A stretch of 63,835 bases of DNA, counting the filler, from Lenisia limosa (taxonomy: Eukaryota; Protista; Breviatea): the NCBI GenBank assembly GCA_001655205.1. It is 11 parts of 11 records of this genome, joined end to end, with 100 filler letters (N's around TTAATTAATTAA, not from the genome) between each part and the next. Parts side by side here need not be neighbours in the genome. Positions count along the whole stretch, not along the records: positions 52,859 to 60,219 come from LPNZ01001347.1; positions 60,320 to 62,409 come from LPNZ01001504.1; positions 62,510 to 63,835 come from LPNZ01003335.1; 8 more parts are not named here. One strand, written 5' to 3'. Below, in pieces: positions 55,831 to 63,835 of this stretch (position 1 is its first letter; the number at the start of each line of letters is the position of its first letter). The position numbers and the translations under genes are program-made. Below the pieces are notes generated by a model, which did not search any database, was not told where the DNA came from, and saw only the letters and a list, made by a program, of their open reading frames with translations.

Positions 55831-56408
55831 GTGAACTATAATCAAACGTAAGCGGGAGAATGGGACTTAGTGTTGTGTGAGTTCGCACATCTGTTCTGTC
55901 CGGATATTTCTTACTCGGTACATTTTATCATCAAGTTATTAACGCTCCAGCTCCGTGAAAGGAAGGGGAAAAAAAAAGAAGTCCATTTTCTGTACCAGGA
56001 TCTCTACCCCGCCCCATCTTTCTCATCAAGCTTGATCATTGGATGAAAGTCGACTTTGAGGCGTCACATTAGGGCACCTCATTGTAGAGCAGGGTTCTAC
56101 GGCTCTACTTGTGAACAGCAGAAGATAAGAACAAATCCTAAAGGGGCAAGTTTCGATATAAAGGCAAACAAGGGCAGTCACAAGCTTTATACAGCTTACA
56201 CACAACAAACACAATGCAGCTGTTAATCAAATGAGCAAATGACACTGCCTTCACTAAAAACATTTACAGCTATAGGCCCTCCCTTGTTGCTCTTTACTTC
56301 TGTCTAACACTCTAACAGCAATAATCGTTCCTGTGAAGACGCCCCCAGGCTTAACTTAATACACAACCCCATGATAGTGAGAAGCAGAGAGTCAGTTTTA
56401 CATAGGTT

Positions 56409-57036
56409 TTATAGTTCTATTGTAAGTTTAGAACTTAAATCATGCACATCAACAACTTCACAAAACTGAAGAAAAGAAACACAACCATTGTCACATTTTG
56501 AAAACATTAGAGATTTGTCAACAATTTGTTGAAGTTGAACATCTGAGAGATTGGATCCAACTACATTAAATGAAGAAAAAAACCCATTAGTTTTAGCACT
56601 TGAAAAAGCTCCCCATTAGAAATTAAACCGTCACCATCAACATCAAATATTGCAAATGCAACAAAATTAAGCTCCAAAGAAAACATTTCAGCTTTTCTTC
56701 AATTGATGAAGAAGAAAAAACAGACAATGACTTTAAAAACTCGCCAAATTGAATTTCATTATCATTATTACTATCAAAAACTGAAAACACTCTTGAAAGT
56801 AAGGGGTTGAGTTGGAGTTCAGGGAGCAACAATTACAATCGTAACAAAAAAAACAGTGTTGAGTTCATTCACCGTAAGTGTATTTGATCCATCAATGTCT
56901 AATTGCTGAAATCTTTTGAATAGCTTTTTGACTTCTTTTGATGAAACAAAATGAAAAAAAACCAAAAACATTGTGTTTCAACTTGTATTAGTGATTCATC
57001 AATACCACAAGAAGTTTTAGATATTTCCTGCCCCAT
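56409..57036 (-). CDS. CNB1: Calcineurin B (EF-hand regulatory subunit) with 4 tiny introns, three of them GT-TG
   Basis: Spliced MGQEISK...TQFSSKEVKKLFKRFQQLDIDGSNTLTVNELNT(L)[90 protein letters not shown]...IEL* is colinear with human PPP3R1 ([45 protein letters not shown]). Confidence 0.95.
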
Positions 57037-57564
57037 TATATGACACAAATTCTGCACAAACTTCAAATAAAAAAACTTTGAACAGAAGTTGTTTTTCCCG
57101 GGGCGCCCCGGGTCTCAAAATAACACCCGGGCAACTTTCAAAGCCATTTTGTAGAGATTGGCTCATTCAAGCGGCAGTAAGACATTCCATTGGTCATTGA
57201 TAAAAATTAAGAAAAGAAGAGCTTTAGGGAGGGTATTGTGGATACTAGTGGCTCTTTCAAAAGCCGAGATTGCTGCAAGGTTTACGTCGCTTCCCGCCCC
57301 TTTGCTTATAATAGTAATAGGTTTCGTTGAAAAAGTTGTATTTCACTAATATTCTGAAGATCACACAAATAGTTTGTCACTCATCATATTTTACCATTAC
57401 ATCGTATAATTATGGGACTTTATCACCCTCAACGTACTCAATTGTTTCCTTGATTAACTTTTTGACTAGAATGAGTGCTATAACATGAGCGTCACTGCAA
57501 GCTTATAATAACACCGAGTTTGGCTTCGAAAATATCTCCCTTACTATTGATATTGTAGCTGTTG

Positions 57565-58190
57565 ACGGACACATTCGCTACAGTGTTGTGGACGAATTAT
57601 TTCCTGCATTCTCAAGCTTTGTCACCCTTGCTGCCTTTATCAAACACCATCTCAAAATTGATGTCAAAATTTTGGAATGGTCAAGTATCTTCCTAACGGA
57701 AAAACAGACCGAACTTGTTTGTTACACAGTTTGTTTTANNNNNNNNNNNNNNNNNNNNNNNNNNNNNNNNNNNNNNNNNNNNNNNNNNNNNNNNNNNNNN
57801 NNNNNNNNNNNNNNNNNNNNNNNNNNNNNNNNNNNNNNNNAGGACATTTCTAAGAGTTAAGCCTGTCTATGAAATCGACCCACTCACTTTAAAACTCTTT
57901 ACGGACTATGTAAATATGGAGTACGATCGGTTGGTGTTCCTTTTCCCTAACTCTCCAGCGAAAGCCATTCAGTAGCGATTTCTCGCAACGAATGAATGAT
58001 TACGCAATCAAAATGGCAGAAAAAATCCTGGGTATGCTGGAATTTGTTGTAACATATACCTATTTGTAGAAGGGGAAGTTGCTGAGCTGTTTGCTGTCTC
58101 AAAAAAGTCACTGTTTATGCCAACAACCGATGAGCTGAAGAAAAATCCTGATTTGTTGTCGCAGAGAATGAAGCTGGAGCTTGGAGGTGA
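57565..58190 (+). CDS. Hypothetical spliced gene fragment
   Basis: Exon-like frames VDGHIRYSVVDELFPAFSSFVTLAAFIKHHLKIDVKILEW, RTFLRVKPVYEIDPLTLKLFTDYVNMEYDRL|RKPFSSDFSQRMNDYAIKMAEKIL|EGEVAELFAVSKK..., joined by phase-compatible GT-AG introns. Confidence 0.35.
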
Positions 58191-60329
58191 GACTACTTCA
58201 TTTAATTGTGGCATACTTGTTCCAAAAATCTCATCAAGCCAGTTGTCAAAGACCGAGTGAAGGCAACAATGCCATATTTTGTCAAAAAAAATGGAAGTTC
58301 AGAAGAATCAAGCCGTTGATGACTGGGATGATGTTTCATAGTTCGTTTTTCTTACCTGTATACGTGAGCGCAAACACCAGCGGCTGTCCCTGAAGTCGTA
58401 CGCCTTCAGCATCTACCTGAAGGGTCAAGGAGTGGCCAGCAATGTTGGTGCATATTTCATTTTTTGGGACTATTAAGGTGATTGATTCTCTGTCCAAAAC
58501 CCGGATGACAATGACGTCTGGACAAATCAACAAGGTCCACACCTGCATTGCTCGTCTGAAGACCGGAGCTGACGTGATGTCACACTGAAGGACTACCACA
58601 TGGCGATATGTTACGATAATCTTAGTATTGCAGGCGTTTGAGGGGCAATTTATGACACATGAGTACATATCATATCATATGCATATTACATATTATAATA
58701 TATTATAGCATCTGATATATTATACATATCATATGTATGTGTATATGATATGTACTACATTAGATGATCATACATATCATATAGAGTATGTATGTAAAAT
58801 AACTCTTCTGTGATATGATACATATAACTACTGATAATATCAGCTGTCGAATCTTACTCTCTAGAAAAATTTCACTCACATGTTTCTGTTTGCGATTGAT
58901 GAGATCATTGACCTTGATCACCTAAAGGATGATGATGGTGGTGAGGTGACTGAAGGGGCTGCGGTAGACATCGTCTTCCCCAGTGATCAGGAGTTTGTTT
59001 TGTTTTGTCATTTTATTCACATCTAGATACCAAGAATATCATTATCGCCACATCGAGATGCTTCGAGACGGTTTACTTGAACTGGAAGGCTTTAGAGCAT
59101 ATGCTCGTTCGCGTTGTTTGTGGGTAGACTTTATTACCAATCAGACATTTTATTGTTATACTCTTATCAGATTCCAAAGAGTAATTGTTCAGCTTACTAC
59201 TTCAACACCCAAAGCTCAAAACAAACCCTCATTTGCAACCAAGCTCTCATTCATGAGAATGAAGGTACAATTAACGGTATGCTGTTTTCATTCTTTGGAT
59301 AAAACCACATCTTTCCCAGGCTCAATCAAGCTCAACCAGTTGATCAAATTCATTGCGGAATCAACAAGCGTCATTTGTTCATCATTTTATTCACAAGAAA
59401 CACCCAAAATTGAACACAAAGATGACCACACAGATAATAAGGTTTGGAGTTCCTTATGTTAAATCTATTGTGAATTGCTTGTGGCACGACGAATACCACC
59501 ATACCCCCCTCTCCTCTCTTCTGTTCAAGCAAGAAAGAAGTCCTAGATTTTTATAAATAACTGTACATGAATAGTTTTTTAACCAAGAACGACCCATTAT
59601 CACCGCTGAGCGCCGTCCGGTTACTTCCCGTTTTGGAAGGCTCAGGAAGCCAAGCCGATGGATCACCAGAAGATGACCCTTTTTTCTTGTAAATTATTAT
59701 ACTTCCTCAAAAATCAATAGCATTTTTTTGTTATAAAAGGGACAAAAGGTGATACAGAAGTAAAGAAGAAACAAAAAGGCATATATTTTTAGTGTGAAAA
59801 AATAACTTGGATATTTAGAGCCAGGTTCAGAGAATTAGAGCAGGACCCCCGTATGAGAAAAAAAATTGAAAAAATGAACCTGGCAGAAAAATTCAGACTT
59901 TCTGAACTCAACTATCAAACCACTTCAGACTCCCATCTTATTATCATTTTGTACATCTTTAAGAGCTTAACAGTAAGTAATTTCGGCGGCATAGCCTAAA
60001 TAAAAAGAAGCACATTTTGAAAACATTAATTAATCTCAAGGTTTGTAATTAATCCCAAGGTTTATGCGGAACAGCATATATTCCTAAATGAAGTCATTAA
60101 TTCAAAACAATTTATTTTTCTTCTTTTTTATTATTTCTTTACTTTTTTACAGCCCAAAATTGTTTTTTTGCAAAAACTCCAGATTTCAAATCATGAAATA
60201 TATTAAAACAGTAGTTACANNNNNNNNNNNNNNNNNNNNNNNNNNNNNNNNNNNNNNNNNNNNTTAATTAATTAANNNNNNNNNNNNNNNNNNNNNNNNN
60301 NNNNNNNNNNNNNNNNNNNATAGTATATA

Positions 60330-60361
60330 CCATCGTCATCATCATCACCACCACCACCACC

Positions 60362-60392
<31 letters not shown>

Positions 60393-60430
60393 CCACCACC
60401 ACCACCACCATCAACAACAACAACAGCAGC
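60330..60430. repeat. CAT/CAC/CAA trinucleotide microsatellite
   Basis: Mixed (CAT)n(CAC)n(CAA)n run. Confidence 0.9.
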
Positions 60431-62169
60431 ATAACTCACCCTCCACAGCAAGGAGATGTTCCCATCCCGCCCGGACCCTCAATAACGTTCGAATACTCTC
60501 CAAATGAAGATGGCGTGCCCCTTCAAGTTATGGAGGATCGACAGGTGGGATGATAGGGAATTGTAAGCTGATTTCGGGTCAATTCCCCAAGTGAAAGNNN
60601 NNNNNNNNNNNNNNNNNNNNNNNNNNNNNNNNNNNNNNNNNNNNNNNNNNNNNNNNNNNNNNNNNNNNNNNNNNNNNNNNNNNNNNNNNNNNNNNNNNNN
60701 NNNNNNNNNNNNNNNNNNNNNNNNNNNNTCATAAATATTCAAATTTACTCCTCCAGCATGCCTTAGAAGTTCTCTACGCAGCTCTCCCCCCCGTCCGTAA
60801 GCGGGTTTTTGAGCAAGGGTTTTTAGCAACAAATTTTTAGCAAATAATTTTGAACGAGGGTTAATAAACAGAAAGTGTTCAGCAAGATATTTAACTTGGA
60901 GCTATGGGCCCGGGGTGTGGGGGGTACTGACTTGATGGCTGTAACTTGGAAGATTGTTTTGTTTTTGTTTTATCTATTCGCCCTTTTTATTTTTTTATTT
61001 CTGTATGTGTTTGTTACTTCACTGTTATTTATTTACACAGCTTCCTTCACCCGCTCCTACGCCGCCATAGCTTTGGCCATGGCTTTTCCCACAGCATCGT
61101 CGTCATCTCCCCCCGCAAACGTGGCCGAATCCCTTCTCTTCGAGGTTTGTGGCTAATTGGGGGGAGGGGGAGTTGAACAAGAGAAATAATATGCATTGGA
61201 AATCTAGGCAAATATTTATATACATAGGGATACCATAAACAAATTACCATACTTCCCCGCCCACGCTCCTCGGCGCCCTCCGCCTGAAACACGCATTATA
61301 TTGTTTCATACATTTTCCAGTTGTACCCCCTCCCCCATTTTACATAAATTTTCCCATTTACTCCCCTCTCCCAGGCCCTGTACAGTTTAGACGCTATTTC
61401 CGCCCCAGTTAACCCGAAGGAATCCCAGGAACAACTTGCAGTACGCTTTGTCTCGTTTTATTTCGGGAATTTTTGTATATTTCTAGCAAATTACACTGAT
61501 AGTGATAAGTCCTGACACGGATATTGAGCTTTATCTTGTCAATCGTGTTGGACTTATAGTGGATATTAGGCTTTATCTTTAGTGTTTTTGTCAACTGGTT
61601 TTTGTCTAGTTTTAGCGTTGGTTGCTCGTGTTGTTTATTGCTTGTTTTTTTTTTTTTNNNNNNNNNNNNNNNNNNNNNNNNNNNNNNNNNNNNNNNNNNN
61701 NNNNNNNNNNNNNNNNNNNNNNNNNNNNNNNNNNNNNNNNNNNNNNNNNNNNNNNNNNNNNNNNNNNNNNNNNNNNNNNNNNNNNNNNNNNNNNNNNNNN
61801 AGTTTGCGACATTGTGCGGCAACAAGCCAGCCTACGCGGTGGCGGCGCTAGAAAGTGCTGCTGCCAACCCCAGGGTAGGGGGAGTTGTTGATATTTATCG
61901 AGAAATATCGAGAAATTGAGGTTCAATCGGGGGTTTTTGTGAAAATCACTTTCTTTTTTTGCCCTCTCCTCTCCACATCTTTTCGATAAACTCGAATTAA
62001 GCACCTTCAAACAATGCTAATACCCCCCCCCCCAAGATACACATTTACATATAATAGCATTTATTAGATCTACTGTATTGTATATAATTAACCATCTTCT
62101 CCACCACCTTAAATCCTATTACTTACCCACTGCTCCGGATATGTGTTTTGTTTTGTTTTACGCTATTAG

Positions 62170-62409
62170 GCCCTTCCAAGTCACGAAAGAGACGCCCTCC
62201 TTAGACGGGTGGCTGTGACGTGTAAATCTTGTGGCGACTGGCAGCGCGCCGTCCACTACTATTCCCTCGTAATTCAAAGGGCAGCTCAGACTAGGAAGAA
62301 AACTGAGGTTGGGTGGGGGGGCATATTTATATATAGTACCTTTAGGCCAATATTTTTCATCGAAGTTTCTTTCGTTTTACGCCCACGATGGGATGCGGTG
62401 CTGCAGAAC
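62170..62409 (+). CDS. Fragment of a helical-repeat (TPR-like) protein
   Basis: HERDALLRRVAVTCKSCGDWQRAVHYYSLVIQRAAQTRKKTE| ... RWDAVLQN. The GDW..A..YY pattern is TPR-like. Confidence 0.3.
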
Positions 62410-63139
62410 NNNNNNNNNNNNNNNNNNNNNNNNNNNNNNNNNNNNNNNNNNNNTTAATTAATTAANNNNNNNNNNNNNNNNNNNNNNNNNNNNNNNNNNN
62501 NNNNNNNNNCGGTTCTCACATCTTGCACTATAGCATGATCTTCGTGAGATAGGCGTGTTTGTGTGTAGAATACTATATTATATAATATGATAAATATATT
62601 TTTTGTTAGTTCACTCAATCTTTTTTGTTTTGAACATAAAATAATCACCAAGGGAAATAATAAATACAGAGGGATGCAATATAATCATTTCGGTGCTCTC
62701 GATATCGGACATACAATAGTTTGACATCTATCCACTTGTGATATGATTAGGGCTTAAATTCAGTCTTTTTTTGAACGAAGTGAAACCCTAGATATGATTA
62801 TGGCCAGCTTTCTAGTCGATGATGAAGAACACGAGGATCAATGGTTCTCAAGCGTTTCAGACCCGATGAGGTGTCGTGTGAATGATCGATCCAAGTGATG
62901 ATGTGCGTCTCATTTTTTGGGGTTTCAAGACTTTCAATTGTTCTTCTCAACACAGATAAAATGGCGGATTTTTCATTTTTGCAGATAGTTTCTTCCTTAG
63001 CAAGTCTGTTGATCTCGTTTGAAGATCACTCGCTTGATTCCGATACCCTTTAACTATTACGAACCAACCTCCCACTCCGGCCCTTCGTTACTATCACAAA
63101 AGTACAACCATCTTTCCCACTACGGTTGCAAAACAGACG

Positions 63140-63203
63140 GATTTCTCGATTAATCCTCGATAAATGTCGATATTTTACCGGAATTTTCGAACCGGTGAAG
63201 CCC
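63140..63203. mobile_element. MITE family A, partial
   Basis: Diverged core plus TTTTCGAACCGGTGAAGCCCTA. Another remnant lies at 62748-62790. Confidence 0.6.
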
Positions 63204-63379
63204 TATTTCCCACGCTTAAAGACTTAAAGATAAACCTAGTATACATTCACCTTTGGTGTCGCAAGAAAATACAGAAACAAGACTACTCAGGGGGTTTGGG
63301 GGAGGGCGCGGCCACGTGCTTGGTTCCGGGCCTCTACAACCTCAGGTCGCGGACCAGATGGGGACTCGGACTGGGTGGA

Positions 63380-63425
63380 GTAAAACGAAGGAAATTTCGA
63401 TGAATAATATTGGCGTAAAGGTACT
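63380..63425 (+). repeat. Dispersed repeat family D (~45 bp)
   Basis: GTAAAACGAAGGAAATTTCGATGAATAATATTGGCGTAAAGGTAC. Also at 37825-37870, 37460-37479 (partial) and 62335-62385 (-). Confidence 0.65.
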
Positions 63426-63467
63426 AATTTAAGATGATATCTTGAGATGGACAATATCAAACACAAA

Positions 63468-63580
63468 AAAGCCCAACATCTGATAAACAGAATAAGAAAG
63501 CCCAACATCTGATAAACAGAATAAGAAAGCCCAACATCTGATAAAAAGAATAAGAAAGCCCAACATCTGATAAAAAGAAT
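63468..63580. repeat. Minisatellite, 29-bp unit, 4 copies
   Basis: AAAGCCCAACATCTGATAAA(C/A)AGAATAAG repeated. Confidence 0.9.
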
Positions 63581-63835
63581 TTCCGTACTTCGGTGACAAT
63601 TTCCGTGTGTGAAAATGGACACCCCCCCTCCCAACAAACAAACAATTGAAATAAATAAAGGAGAGTTGACATAAGGACCGTGATTAGTCCTGACACGGAT
63701 ATAGAGCTTTATCTATGGTTAATCGTGTCAGGCAGGACCTATCATGGATTTTGGGCTTATAGTATAGTCAATCGTGTCAGGACTTATAGCAGTCAGTGTA
63801 CAATTGACAAGAGAGGCTTGGAGGGGGGGGGGGGG

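Noticed and set aside
60330-60430. Poly-His/Gln coding tract
   Set aside because: Lies at a segment edge with no start or splice context; treated as a microsatellite.

Overview
Intron-rich eukaryotic (protist-like) DNA using the standard genetic code. The window is not one locus. It is 11 segments joined by an artificial 44N-TTAATTAATTAA-44N linker, with further N gaps inside them. Recognisable genes: two head-to-head bacterial-type FMN-dependent NADH-azoreductase (AzoR) paralogs, RBM8A/Y14, ubiquitin-RPS27a, FolD, a MAK/ICK kinase, tRNA-Cys(GCA), the 3' part of ARPC1, V-ATPase subunit B, the 5' part of adrenodoxin reductase, and calcineurin B. There are also several unidentifiable spliced genes. 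Repeats include a TA-flanked ~95-bp MITE (about 15 copies), three to four other short dispersed families, a decayed Tc1-like element and minisatellites. The most striking signal is in V-ATPase B and calcineurin B. They carry 12 tiny introns (11 of them 21-28 nt, mostly starting GTTTT), and 5 can only be removed using non-AG acceptors (4 GT-TG, 1 GT-GG). The other identified genes have longer canonical GT-AG introns. All gene models were read by hand and have no RNA support. The taxon cannot be determined from this window.
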